The notes under the pieces: model-generated
Database searches by the model: none
The model's input: the letters and a program-made list of their open reading frames with translations, nothing else
Told to the model about the DNA's origin: nothing
In this document: positions 39,886 through 50,571 of the stretch, one piece after another
Layout: every line of letters begins with the position of its first letter
Position numbering within the stretch: position 1 is the first letter of the stretch
Translations under genes and position numbers: made by a program
NCBI GenBank assembly: GCA_963722255.1
Contig: CAVRJO010000002.1
Location: 448,001-512,000, forward strand
Reading direction: 5' to 3'
DNA length: 64,000 nt
Origin: Candidatus Babeliales bacterium
GTDB taxonomy: Bacteria > Babelota > Babeliae > Babelales > JANWKD01

Positions 39886-41007
39886 ATGCTTGATCGACCA
39901 AAGGTAATGAAAGAACTGCAAGAAAGCGCTGAACAACTATTTCTCAACCTTTCTTCAGAATTTGAACTGGCTCGTTCTATTTGGCACTCTATAGCAGATG
40001 ACCCTTCTTTTGCCAAAGCAATTGCTGAAAGTAGATCTCCTTGGCTTATTCCTTCTTGGGATGGCCTGTTAGGCGATAGCCAGAGCATTACACCAACCAA
40101 AGTTGACTACAGTGTATTCTCAATCGATGGATCACAAATTTATCCTGATCGCCATCAAGGAACTTCCTGCTGTTTACTTAATATTGGCTCTGTTGCATTA
40201 TCCTATGGCGCCAATAATCATCTCTTTTTTAACTCAAAACCATCAATATATATTCCCAATAAACATTCAGAATCAGAAAATCCAATCGAATTAGTAAATT
40301 GTCGACGCTTAGAACTAGAACTCCATGAAGGGGTCATGCTTGCAAAAGAACTTATCAAAAAAGAACCCGAAGTTCCTCTTATTGGAATGTTTGATGGTTC
40401 ATTGATATTTTGGCACCTTGAAGGTAAAGAAGAAGCAATTAAAGATGAATTTATTGCAAAATATATTCAATCGCTTTATCAACTTTATATTCTAAAAATA
40501 CCTTGCATTGGATATATTAGCTTACCGCATAGTAAAGAACTCGTTAATCTAATTCGGATGAAGCTTGCTAACTTTGATCCTAATACCAATAAAGAATATA
40601 AGAAGATTGAACATCTTGTTGATACTCATATTGCAGATTTTTTTCTTGAACCTTATGAGCGAACTACCTTCTTTGCAAGCCATTCGCATATCATTGACTA
40701 CTATCCAAGTTATCTTAAACCACATTTTTTTTATCTTCACCTTGGGCAAGAAATTGTCCGTATTGAATTACCTGCATGGCTTATACATGATAAACCTCTC
40801 ATAGATTTCATATGCAAGGTAATTATTGATCAAGCAAAAAAAGGACAAGGATACCCAATTTGCTTGGCAGAGGCCCATGAACAAGCAGTTGTTAAAGGGC
40901 CTGACAGAGATTTTTTTTATCATGTAATCCAAAAGATTGGATTTGAACATAAACAACGCTTATATTTTTCTCAAAAAAGTCTCAAAAAGCGCTGTATTGG
41001 AATTTAA
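39886..41007 (+). CDS. nurA: NurA-family nuclease
   Basis: IDGSQ, FDGSLI, GYP.CL.EAHEQAVV. Confidence 0.88.
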   Translation: MLDRPKVMKELQESAEQLFLNLSSEFELARSIWHSIADDPSFAKAIAESRSPWLIPSWDGLLGDSQSITPTKVDYSVFSIDGSQIYPDRHQGTSCCLLNIGSVALSYGANNHLFFNSKPSIYIPNKHSESENPIELVNCRRLELELHEGVMLAKELIKKEPEVPLIGMFDGSLIFWHLEGKEEAIKDEFIAKYIQSLYQLYILKIPCIGYISLPHSKELVNLIRMKLANFDPNTNKEYKKIEHLVDTHIADFFLEPYERTTFFASHSHIIDYYPSYLKPHFFYLHLGQEIVRIELPAWLIHDKPLIDFICKVIIDQAKKGQGYPICLAEAHEQAVVKGPDRDFFYHVIQKIGFEHKQRLYFSQKSLKKRCIGI

Positions 41008-41073
41008 ACTAAAAACTCAACTCTTGAAAAATCCCGAGCCCCCTTTTTATACTTTTCTAAACGAGTATGCAGT

Positions 41074-41994
41074 ATGGGTGGGAAAATGAAGTATCGCTAT
41101 TTTTATTCTTTTCTGTTCCTCTTTTCATCTTCTTATACGCAACCCTTTGATGTAATACCTTATATCAGTCCTATTTTTTCTTTCATGGTAGGCACATTCA
41201 CCTATTTTTCTTTCATCACCGATCATTTTATCCCCGCTTCTAGGCAAGAACTTTATACTACTGAGCAAAGAATCACAAAAATGCATGAAAACAACAGATG
41301 CATTATGCAAGAATATGCTCAAAAAAATATTCGCGAGCAGTATGAGCAAACAAAAACGGAAGTTGAAGCTAAAATAGATAGTGCAATTGCTACCTGTTAT
41401 CAAAAATCACGGGCAATAAAAGAAGCATTAGATTCCACACAAACACTCATTATAAAAAAAATAGAAAGAAGTCATCGCATCAGAATGCAATCACTCAAAA
41501 ATAATCTTGCATCCTATGCAGATTCTACGCAAGAAGATATCACTGCGCTCATAAAAAAATTAACTCTTGCATATGAAAAACGAGAGAGTCAAATTCAACA
41601 CCAATGCACTCAAATTCTCAATCTACTGAGCAACTTTCAAAAAAAATTGCATCAAAAAACAATAACTACACAACGGATTATACAAAATACCACTCAAGAA
41701 CATACAAATCTGCTCACAAACAATCATGATCAAATAAAAAACAACTATGACCAGACTGCAGAAAAATGTAACCATTTTTTTATACAAACTTCTGAAAAAC
41801 TAGACGCCATCGAACGATTGTGTTGCATCCTTAAAGGAGTCATTGCAGAACAAAAACAAAAAAATATTGCACTCTATAAGCAAATTCTTGCATTAAAAAA
41901 ACTACGAAAAAATGATTCACTTCTCTCTATTAAAAATGCATTTGGTTCAAATAAATCTTTAAAGAATTATAGTAACTTGGATTACAAACAATGA
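41074..41994 (+). CDS. Membrane-anchored coiled-coil protein
   Basis: Signal, hydrophobic segment, long Q/K/T-rich heptads. Confidence 0.7.
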   Translation: MGGKMKYRYFYSFLFLFSSSYTQPFDVIPYISPIFSFMVGTFTYFSFITDHFIPASRQELYTTEQRITKMHENNRCIMQEYAQKNIREQYEQTKTEVEAKIDSAIATCYQKSRAIKEALDSTQTLIIKKIERSHRIRMQSLKNNLASYADSTQEDITALIKKLTLAYEKRESQIQHQCTQILNLLSNFQKKLHQKTITTQRIIQNTTQEHTNLLTNNHDQIKNNYDQTAEKCNHFFIQTSEKLDAIERLCCILKGVIAEQKQKNIALYKQILALKKLRKNDSLLSIKNAFGSNKSLKNYSNLDYKQ

Positions 41995-42932
41995 TTTCAG
42001 TTTTTTGTAAAAACTCAATGAGAACAACAATCTTCCTCATAGTAAGCACTCTATTCTTTCAAATAAACTGCATGGAAAGAAATCAACTCATCCTTTTAGT
42101 AATAAAACAAATTCTTGCCTCTATTAAACCGATTCAAGAACCAATAAGTAAATCATTTTTACAACAATCGCTAGAAACGACCAAAGATATTTCTTTAAAA
42201 CTTTTTATCGCATGTTATAAACATCCAAAGATCATTATTGGCGCTACAACTTTGACCCTTCTTTTAATTTCGCTCAAAAAATCTTCTCTTTTGCCGATTA
42301 CCATACATAATTTAAAAAAATTTGAGCAGAAATGCGCAAAAAAAGCACAAAATCAGATAAGAAAATTTATGGAAAACACTGCGAAATCTTCTCAAGAAGC
42401 TTCTCGGCAACTTACTACCTCAATTGATGCATCACAAACACAATTGTTTGTGCTTAACGATGAACTTGAACAAAACCAACAAGTTCTCATGCAAATGCCT
42501 GAAGAAATTGCACAATCAGTTGCTTTATACAATGTTCAAGAAGAAAAAAACCACGATGAACTTTTTTCACATGCACATAGACAAAGAACGACACAGCTTA
42601 ATACGTTAGAAACGCATGCCAGGAATCTTATGGATAATGACGAGATTATTGTTACTGACTTTTTAAAAAAATTTCTTACTGAAACGACTCAATTAGATAA
42701 TTCATTGGATTTTAACATTGAAACCATTGTGAACTCATTAGCGCAAGAAACGGCACTACTTCATCAGACTATGCATCAAAACAATCACCAAGAAAACCTA
42801 CAGCTTACTCGCCTGAATTCAACGGTAGATAATCAGCATAATAATTTGGCCGAACGTGTTGACTCTCTAATTATTCTTCTTACAGGATTAGTTGATACAT
42901 CTGAAGAGTTGGTGTATGAAAAGACATTATGA
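41991..42932 (+). CDS. Membrane-anchored coiled-coil protein
   Basis: Signal INC|ME, HPK followed by a TM segment, heptads. Confidence 0.7.
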   Translation: MISVFCKNSMRTTIFLIVSTLFFQINCMERNQLILLVIKQILASIKPIQEPISKSFLQQSLETTKDISLKLFIACYKHPKIIIGATTLTLLLISLKKSSLLPITIHNLKKFEQKCAKKAQNQIRKFMENTAKSSQEASRQLTTSIDASQTQLFVLNDELEQNQQVLMQMPEEIAQSVALYNVQEEKNHDELFSHAHRQRTTQLNTLETHARNLMDNDEIIVTDFLKKFLTETTQLDNSLDFNIETIVNSLAQETALLHQTMHQNNHQENLQLTRLNSTVDNQHNNLAERVDSLIILLTGLVDTSEELVYEKTL

Positions 42933-43058
42933 AACAAAAATAATGATTAGAATATCCTCGTTGTATACGTGTTTTTTTATTGTATATTGATATTTTTTAT
43001 AATCAAAGTACAATCGTTTCAAATACAACTGTTTTTATTACATTAATGTTGGAATGCT

Positions 43059-44057
43059 ATGACTTACAAACGTTCATCAATCTTTTTTACCGCATTATTG
43101 TTTTTTTTGTTGCAGCACCAATCTGTACAAACAATGGAAAATCAATCACAACCTTCACATTCAAATAAATTGAGTATCTTCAATCCATTATCCTGGGTTT
43201 ATGGATTATACTCTAGCTTTTATTATAATTTTGGATGGATGACAGATGCTGCTTGTGAAGAAAAAATAACAGCATCATTTAATAAATTGGAGAAATTCAT
43301 TCAAGTGATGTTTGCAGATATCCTTGATGGAAATCATAGCTTTGCTCAGCAAATTTTAGAAGATGGTAAAAACTTACATGACATACTCAATTCTACCACA
43401 ATAAATGTCCAAGATTTAAAACTCTTTTTTTTAGGAAAAATACAATCATTAGAGAAAGAACGACAAATAACAAATGCAATATTTGAAAAAACTATTAATG
43501 ATTTAAGAAAAACACTACAAAGGTTTTCAAAAACTCGCCAGACTGTAAGTAACCTTGAGAAGCAATTTTCAATTTATAGCCAACTAACTCAAGAAGAAAT
43601 TGAACAAAATAATCAAAGTTTAAGCTCACTTGGAGAAAAGTACAAAGATAAAATTAAAAGTTTATATCGTCTTCAAGAAAAACATCACAAAGAACACCAA
43701 ATCCAAGTATCACAACTTCAGTCTCAACAACAAGACTTTTATCAGCAAACAACAGAAAGTCTTAAAGCTGTCCAACAAACAACGCAACAATGCCAAGAAG
43801 AATGCGAAAAGAAACAAGATAAGGGAACTCAAGAAGGAGAAACTATTCTTGAGTTATTACAAAAAATACGAGAAAATGATGTTGCTTTACAGAAAGTATT
43901 AAACATACTGCCTAATTCAACTAACCACGTTCAAGCAACTCCCAAAAAGTCAAAGCAAAAATCTCTTAACACCTCAGTCTTTCCTAACCGATTAAGAAAA
44001 GAATTTAAAGTTTTTGCTCCACCCATAGGTACTTCCATATATGGACGAGATATATAA
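43059..44057 (+). CDS. Secreted coiled-coil protein
   Basis: Signal VQT|ME, aromatic segment, Q/E/K heptads. Confidence 0.7.
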   Translation: MTYKRSSIFFTALLFFLLQHQSVQTMENQSQPSHSNKLSIFNPLSWVYGLYSSFYYNFGWMTDAACEEKITASFNKLEKFIQVMFADILDGNHSFAQQILEDGKNLHDILNSTTINVQDLKLFFLGKIQSLEKERQITNAIFEKTINDLRKTLQRFSKTRQTVSNLEKQFSIYSQLTQEEIEQNNQSLSSLGEKYKDKIKSLYRLQEKHHKEHQIQVSQLQSQQQDFYQQTTESLKAVQQTTQQCQEECEKKQDKGTQEGETILELLQKIRENDVALQKVLNILPNSTNHVQATPKKSKQKSLNTSVFPNRLRKEFKVFAPPIGTSIYGRDI

Positions 44058-44093
44058 GTTTATTAATTTAATTTACTCAATGGAGATATTTTT

Positions 44094-45074
44094 ATGATTC
44101 AAGGAACACAAAGCATGAGAATTTTATTGTTATCATTATTCTTTACACAAGCTTGGTGTATGGAAAGCTCACAGCTAGTTATTGTTAAATTTGAAGATTT
44201 AAAAGAACTTGTTCAGCAGTGCAGCAAAGAAGCTGTTGCTGCAGCAATAAAGAAAGAATCCCCTTCTTTTTTTTCATCAACTTTTAAATTCATTGCAAAT
44301 CATCCAAAAGAACTGTGGGCAACAGTAGCATATGGTGCTATAGTTGCTACTTTCCTGGGATTTTCAAGAAGTAAATTTTTCTGGAGCACCCCAAAAAAAT
44401 TCGATGCTTTATTAGAAGCAAAAGAAACTGAACTTGTGAACGAGCTCTATGATATAAAAAATCTTATTGAAGCATCCCGTGCAAATGTAGGTTCAGCATA
44501 CCTCAATACTATGAACGGTCTTAATGCTGGTATAGCCGCCATCGATAACTCCCTGGGAGAATCTAAAAGAGAAGTGGAAGATGTTTATAGCAAAGCTCTT
44601 GCTCGTGAACTCAATCGCCGTTTAGTGCTTATTCAAAAAGCTACCATTACCTCACGTTTTACTCAAAACGGCATAAATACCCTTGATTCATCGCTTTTTT
44701 CTTTACAGTGCTCCGCTCTGCAAGAACAAGAAAAAATCAAGGATGAACTTGCGCAACAAGGAGAAGCAATCGCCGCTCTTGATGAAGACACTGAAAAGGA
44801 ATTTGATACAACAACCAACACGATGACCTCTAATCATGATGAGGAATCACGATCATTACATTCCTTGGGCAATCAAATGTCAGGAAATAATGAAGATATT
44901 CGAGAAACACTTCTTCACGTTGAGATTACTACAAGGGTTCTTGCAAAAAAACTTCCTACAGTTGATGATACCAATGAAGAAAATAAAGAAAATATCCGGG
45001 AAGCATTTAAAATTATTGAAAACCAAGCTCACCTCATTGCTCAACTTCAGGGCTTAGTGCAGGAAACTCAGTAG
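44094..45074 (+). CDS. Membrane-anchored coiled-coil protein
   Basis: Signal AWC|ME, HPK followed by a TM segment, heptads. Confidence 0.7.
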   Translation: MIQGTQSMRILLLSLFFTQAWCMESSQLVIVKFEDLKELVQQCSKEAVAAAIKKESPSFFSSTFKFIANHPKELWATVAYGAIVATFLGFSRSKFFWSTPKKFDALLEAKETELVNELYDIKNLIEASRANVGSAYLNTMNGLNAGIAAIDNSLGESKREVEDVYSKALARELNRRLVLIQKATITSRFTQNGINTLDSSLFSLQCSALQEQEKIKDELAQQGEAIAALDEDTEKEFDTTTNTMTSNHDEESRSLHSLGNQMSGNNEDIRETLLHVEITTRVLAKKLPTVDDTNEENKENIREAFKIIENQAHLIAQLQGLVQETQ

Positions 45075-45122
45075 CTTCCAGTAACTATTTCGATCTTAAT
45101 TAATTAATGCTATACTTTTACT

Positions 45123-46331
45123 ATGGCTATAACTAAAAAAGATTTCCCACTTTTATCTTCATCTTCACTGATTTACCTTGATAATGCAGCAACAACGCAC
45201 AAACCGGAACAAGTTATCGAGGCAATAAATGACTTTTATCGAACCGGCTATGCAACGGTCCATAGAGGAATTTATCATCTCAGTGAAAGAGCTACAGAAC
45301 AGTTTGAGCATGTACGTTCATTAGTAGCAAAGTTCATTAATGCACAACCGCATGAAATTATTTTTACACAAGGAACTACGCATGGCATAAACTTTATAGC
45401 CACGGCTTGGGCTTTAAATACCTTGCAGCATGGGGATGAAATTGTTCTTACTGAGCTTGAACATCATGCAAATATAGTTCCTTGGCAACAAGTGGCTCAA
45501 AAAACGGGTGCATGTTTACGATATATACCCGTCTTGCCCAATGGCGCCTTGGATCTTGCCAATCTTTCAACCATCATTACTGAACGAACAAAAATTGTCA
45601 GTATAGTGCATACCTCAAATGCGCTGGGGACTCATAATGAGATTGCTCATATTGCAAAATGTGCACGCAACGTGGGTGCAAAGATTCTTCTTGATGCAGC
45701 GCAATCCGTTGCGCATCAACGTCTTGATCTACAAAAACTTGATGTAGATTTCTTACTATTTTCCGGCCATAAACTAGTAGGCCCAACTGGAATTGGTGTT
45801 TTGTATATTCGTTCAAGCGTGCAAGAAGATGTTCCTCCCTATCAATTTGGTGGCGGTATGGTATTTCATGCAGACTATTATACTGCAAATTGGCGAACTG
45901 CACCTGAATGCTATGAAGCCGGCACTCCACCCATTGCTGAAGTCATAGGGCTAGGAGCTGCTCTTGCCTATATACAGAATAATAATGATTATGCTGAACA
46001 GCAAAAGCATGAAGCACAATTGTGTACCTTAGTTATTGATGAATTACAACAATTTTCTCAAATTCGCCTCTTAGGCCCTCTTGATCAATTACGAACATGC
46101 GGTCATATGGTAAGCTTTACTGTTGAAGGTTGGCATCCTCATGATGTTGGAGCCTATTTAGATCAGCATAACATTGCTGTACGAACCGGACACTATTGCG
46201 CTCAACCACTCGCAAACAAGTTAGGAATTCCACAAGGATCTATTCGATTAAGTTTTTACGCATATAACTCTCTAGAAGATGTTGAGTATTGCATAAAAAT
46301 TATAAAAAAATTAGTTACCAAACATTCTTAA
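45123..46331 (+). CDS. sufS: Cysteine desulfurase (SufS group)
   Basis: YLDNAATTHKP, EHHANIVPW, FSGHKLVGPTGIG, VRTGHYCA. Confidence 0.93.
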   Translation: MAITKKDFPLLSSSSLIYLDNAATTHKPEQVIEAINDFYRTGYATVHRGIYHLSERATEQFEHVRSLVAKFINAQPHEIIFTQGTTHGINFIATAWALNTLQHGDEIVLTELEHHANIVPWQQVAQKTGACLRYIPVLPNGALDLANLSTIITERTKIVSIVHTSNALGTHNEIAHIAKCARNVGAKILLDAAQSVAHQRLDLQKLDVDFLLFSGHKLVGPTGIGVLYIRSSVQEDVPPYQFGGGMVFHADYYTANWRTAPECYEAGTPPIAEVIGLGAALAYIQNNNDYAEQQKHEAQLCTLVIDELQQFSQIRLLGPLDQLRTCGHMVSFTVEGWHPHDVGAYLDQHNIAVRTGHYCAQPLANKLGIPQGSIRLSFYAYNSLEDVEYCIKIIKKLVTKHS

Positions 46332-46406
46332 AGCTAATAAATCATTGTTTTAGCACTCTTAAATTCTGTAACGTATTTCTTAGTGCATATCACCTCAAGG
46401 AGCTTT

Positions 46407-47099
46407 ATGAAAATCGGTATTCTTGCAAAATTCTTAGTTTGCATACTTTTAATTACAGCATTCACTATCTTTTTATGGCAGGGCAATCTAAAGAATTACT
46501 TAACATTAGAATATATTCAACATCACCAAGAAATTATTAAGAACTTGATCAATGATCACTATAGTAAAGCTTGCCTGATATATATAGTTCTTTATGCAAC
46601 TATTGTAGTTTGTATGCTTTCTTGCACGCTTATACTAACAACCTACGCAGGGTTCCTTTTTGGCTTCATCCCGGGAACAGTTTTAAGCATTACAGGGGCA
46701 TTGGTGGGGTGCACACTTTCATTTTTAGCAATACGCTACCTTTTTCATCATTGGCTAACAAATCGTTATCATAACGCTCTTGAAAAATTTTCAAAAAAAT
46801 TTAAAGAACATGGTGTACTTTATTTATTAACACTTTACTTTTTTCCCCTCACTCCCTATGCACTTATCACAACGCTTGCAGCTCTTTCTGATATTTCTCT
46901 TATAACGTTTTTATGGACAACCGCAGTTGGTATTTTTCCTATAACAACGCTATGTTCTTTTGCAGGCAGAAAAGTTGCAACACTTTCTTCGATCAAAGAT
47001 ATTGTTTCTTTACCCATGCTTTTAGCACTTATCACACTTTCATTGTTAGCAGTAGTCCCCACTCTCTTAAAAATAGAAAAAAAGGTAACAACCAAATGA
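46407..47099 (+). CDS. TVP38/TMEM64 (VTT/DedA-like) membrane protein
   Basis: GFLFG...G......GA..G....F...RY; AGGAG RBS before ATG 46407. Confidence 0.85.
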   Translation: MKIGILAKFLVCILLITAFTIFLWQGNLKNYLTLEYIQHHQEIIKNLINDHYSKACLIYIVLYATIVVCMLSCTLILTTYAGFLFGFIPGTVLSITGALVGCTLSFLAIRYLFHHWLTNRYHNALEKFSKKFKEHGVLYLLTLYFFPLTPYALITTLAALSDISLITFLWTTAVGIFPITTLCSFAGRKVATLSSIKDIVSLPMLLALITLSLLAVVPTLLKIEKKVTTK

Positions 47100-47124
47100 G
47101 ATCTTATGTAATAAACAGTCGATT

Positions 47125-47556
47125 TTATTGAGAATGTGCCTTCTTCTGTTTATTATATTTCTTTCGTATAGTTTCATAGCCCATCTTCGCGTCTTCGTCT
47201 TCAAGAATATGGTTATACATCTTGCTTCGATCTATTTCTTTTCGTGGACCTACTGTATACATCAGTTTACCATACCAAGTACATTTTTTTCCTCTACACT
47301 TTGTACGAGAAAAATAGATTTCCTTAATCTCTTCACTATTGCGAACCATCAAAGAATAGGCATATATTTTTATTCCGCTTTCTTTATTTTTTTCAACTTT
47401 TCTTTTTATAGTGCAATCAGTTTCATTAATTAATCTCTTCAATTGAATTTTATCTATTGTTTTTTTTGGATATCTATCTTGCAAATCTTCTTCCATACAG
47501 TAAAAACTGGTATTACCGATAAGAAAACTCAAAAATAAGATAGTAAATAATCTCAT
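47125..47556 (-). CDS. Secreted hypothetical protein
   Basis: Signal FYC|ME; basic mature part. Confidence 0.7.
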   Translation of the reverse strand: MRLFTILFLSFLIGNTSFYCMEEDLQDRYPKKTIDKIQLKRLINETDCTIKRKVEKNKESGIKIYAYSLMVRNSEEIKEIYFSRTKCRGKKCTWYGKLMYTVGPRKEIDRSKMYNHILEDEDAKMGYETIRKKYNKQKKAHSQ

Positions 47557-47745
47557 AGTAATTCTCCCTAAGATACTATTCTTACCCTAAGAAAATTGTT
47601 CAAACAAAGTAAACACTAAAGAAACTTACCTTCCAACAAAGACACAACGCCTTGCCAAAAAGTTACTCTCTACATAAAAAAATTGAGGAGCTCTTTTATA
47701 AGAAGAACTCCCCAAATTATTTTTCAACACAACTAACGCTATTAT

Positions 47746-48495
47746 TTACAGCAATAATGACCCTAACTGAGTGCTTAAAGCATCAATCTTATTTTCAAAA
47801 AAGTACTCATCATAAGCACCTGAAATTCTGCTTATTGAATTAACATCCCATGCTTTTTGCTGCTCAATAGCATTTTTTAAAGTAGCCAAATCAAGTTGTG
47901 CTATAGCAACCGCTAAAGAAGCATTATTTTGATATTTTGCTTTGTCATTAGTTTCATTAGCAGCTGCTGCAATGATACTGTCTAATGCCGCCCCTACAGA
48001 TTTTTTAACAAGGTCAAAGTGATCGAGTATCCCTTGTTTTACGGAACGTATTTGAGCAATTGCAGGAATTTTTTGAATATTTTTTTCAAGATCCTGAAGA
48101 CTTTTATTGAGAGAAATAATCATATATAATTGCGCTAATTCATTTTGTGCTTGTGCAGTAGCTTGTTTAAAATCAAACGTAGTTTTACTCACAGCAGCCG
48201 GATCTGTTTGATAAAGATTACCAAAATCAGCTTGCAACTGATCTAATTGCGTGGTTGAACGATTAGGAACACCGCTATTAAATGCAGTATTTAAGGAGAT
48301 AACAGCATCATTAACTGCTTTATAAAAGTTCTTTTGTATTGCAGATTGATTTACACCATTTAATGTTTTAATAGCCTGCTTTACTTTATCTAAGTCTCTA
48401 AGGATAACAGGCTTATACTGTTGGATATATTGTTGACAATATAATGTTGAACTAGCACCTACAACTAGTAGCGCTACATACAGCATCTTCTTCAT
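47746..48495 (-). CDS. Secreted helical hypothetical protein
   Basis: Signal peptide, AGGAG RBS, Ala/Gln-rich amphipathic helices. Confidence 0.75.
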   Translation of the reverse strand: MKKMLYVALLVVGASSTLYCQQYIQQYKPVILRDLDKVKQAIKTLNGVNQSAIQKNFYKAVNDAVISLNTAFNSGVPNRSTTQLDQLQADFGNLYQTDPAAVSKTTFDFKQATAQAQNELAQLYMIISLNKSLQDLEKNIQKIPAIAQIRSVKQGILDHFDLVKKSVGAALDSIIAAAANETNDKAKYQNNASLAVAIAQLDLATLKNAIEQQKAWDVNSISRISGAYDEYFFENKIDALSTQLGSLLL

Positions 48496-48619
48496 TAAAC
48501 TCTCCTTTTAGTATGGTCTTTCTTTTTAAGCGTATCATATATTTAATTCAGGTTGCAATATTTATATTTTTTTAAAATACACTGTAGCTGTTTTAAAATT
48601 ATGTTGCATATTTTCGACC

Positions 48620-49969
48620 CTAATTTTGTTTTTTAAGTCTTAAATCTAAATCAGCTAAGGAATAATTAGTTACCTTTGAAGAATAGTCAACTAAGCAGAC
48701 ATTCGTATCATAAAACCATACTGATTTTGGACTTTCTATTCCTGTTAGCAAGACTTTACCAACTTTTCGCTCTTTCGGATCATGGCAATTCATAAAATTT
48801 AAATAAAGAAGTTGAAAACTCGTAACAAGAATAATTTGATGAGAGTCGCAAGGATTAACGGCAAAATTCTTTAAAAATATTGGATAAGTTTTTTCTTTAT
48901 TACTAATTTTTTGTTGTTCTGAACGAATGCTACTGCTCTCTTCATCTAATCCAAAACTAAATAATCTTCCAAATTCAGAAAGACCCAATAAGATCTTTGG
49001 CGTTATAAAACTAAGTTTTTTGATTGTATCACCTCTATGATCTTCATGAAATGATCCAAAACCAATTCGTCTTAGTGCTGTCTCATGTTCATGATTCATT
49101 TTTCGTTTTTTACGTTTAGGAGAACAGGGCAGTTCATCGCAATTTTTTACCTCAAACAGTGATATGCCCGCTTGATCGGCAATTGCAAAACGATTTTTAG
49201 TTCTACAAAGAGCTAATGCTAAAATAGAACCTACTATCCTTGTGGATATAAAATCAAATTTATTAGTATCTTTTTGAGAAAAATTATGACTTTCATAGAA
49301 TTCTTTGCAATCAGAAGTAAACCGTCCTACATAATATTCATATACCGCTTGTTGATTTTCAACAAGTTGAAGATCATCTTTTTCTAACCCTTCTTCATGT
49401 GCATAATCTTCTTCACCACATGATAGATTTTCTTCTGATTTTGAATTTCCAGCAATGACAAATACGTTATTTTTATTAGGACCATCAAAAAAAGGCTCTG
49501 TAATTTCAAGATTAGCTGATGTCACAAAGTGCATTTTTTGAATATCATCTTCAATTACATATTTCGTAGCACTATAAACCCTAAGAAGGGGCTTATCATC
49601 GCTATACCAACATTGTATGGGAAAAAGGAAATGCCTTCTGTCTCTTGTATTTACAAATCCAGATTCAGGGTTTAAATTAATCGATGGAGCCCATTCATGG
49701 ATACTAAATAATGTAATATCATGTAAAACATCTCTATTCTCCTCACGCGGCCCAAATTGAAAACATGATTTTCTATCCGAACTAAACTCAATTTCAGCAT
49801 CAGAATTTGTCGCTAATTCTATAATATGAACTAAGAGCTCATCTGGAACCATATCGGCAATGTTTATGAACTCTTCTTCTTTATCAACTTCAGATTGTTC
49901 CATGGAATAAAGATCGTTTTGCATCATCATTGCTACATTGAATAGTAAAAAAATGATCTTTTTATTCAT
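48620..49969 (-). CDS. Secreted protein with an F-box-like motif and a beta-rich (WD40-like) region
   Basis: MVPDELLVHIIEL; NLS-like PKRKKRK; beta-strand repeats. Confidence 0.6.
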   Translation of the reverse strand: MNKKIIFLLFNVAMMMQNDLYSMEQSEVDKEEEFINIADMVPDELLVHIIELATNSDAEIEFSSDRKSCFQFGPREENRDVLHDITLFSIHEWAPSINLNPESGFVNTRDRRHFLFPIQCWYSDDKPLLRVYSATKYVIEDDIQKMHFVTSANLEITEPFFDGPNKNNVFVIAGNSKSEENLSCGEEDYAHEEGLEKDDLQLVENQQAVYEYYVGRFTSDCKEFYESHNFSQKDTNKFDFISTRIVGSILALALCRTKNRFAIADQAGISLFEVKNCDELPCSPKRKKRKMNHEHETALRRIGFGSFHEDHRGDTIKKLSFITPKILLGLSEFGRLFSFGLDEESSSIRSEQQKISNKEKTYPIFLKNFAVNPCDSHQIILVTSFQLLYLNFMNCHDPKERKVGKVLLTGIESPKSVWFYDTNVCLVDYSSKVTNYSLADLDLRLKKQN

Positions 49970-50121
49970 AAAAATTTCTATTTACAGTGTAATAAGCTCA
50001 ATGACATCATAAGATAGTATTCTGCGGTATAAAAAAAATGCAATGAATATGTTAGGATCTTTGAGCGCTTTATTGTGCACTCCTTAGCAATCATAAATTC
50101 CATAACCAGCCTGATAAATCC

Positions 50122-50481
50122 CAGGGCAACCGCACTATAAAGATTGAATTTATAAGAGAAAAATACGTTTGGAACGGCAGCTAAATTCACGCTTGTCATT
50201 GCGAGCGAACGCGCGGCAACCCAGTTATAAAGACTTCTCATTTTAACAACTGGGTCACCACGTTCCGCCTTCGTTAAAACTTCGGCGGACAAGCGCAAAT
50301 AATAGCGGATCCGCCACAGCTTGCCAAGCCGGAAGGCCTGGATAAGCGTCGGCTGGACAGCTCCTCGTGATGACATTGGTGTTTATTGTTGATTGTACTT
50401 TGATAAATTAAAGTTAATTTTTCCAAACACCTTTATTAATAAAAGTAGCTTAAATCCTGGATTTGTAGTGCGGTTGCCCTG
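50122..50481. mobile_element. 360-bp MITE with CAGGG ends (ISAs1-like) carrying a nested REP-like element
   Basis: TIR CAGGGCAACCGCACTA(T/C)AAA (19/20); 10-bp direct repeat TGATAAATCC at 50112-50121 and 50482-50491. Confidence 0.88.
50195..50374 (-). repeat. Composite REP-like palindrome with two nested inserts
   Basis: Nearly identical to 12693-12944 but lacks the two right-hand inserts. Confidence 0.9.
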
Positions 50482-50571
50482 TGATAAATCCCCATAGATT
50501 CGCAAAAATATAAAATATTCTGTACTATAAATAGTAATTAACGGAAAGCTATCTATTTTCAGGGGTATTCT

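Noticed and set aside
39886..41007. NurA as part of a HerA-NurA or defence system
   Set aside because: No HerA or other partner in the window; context is housekeeping
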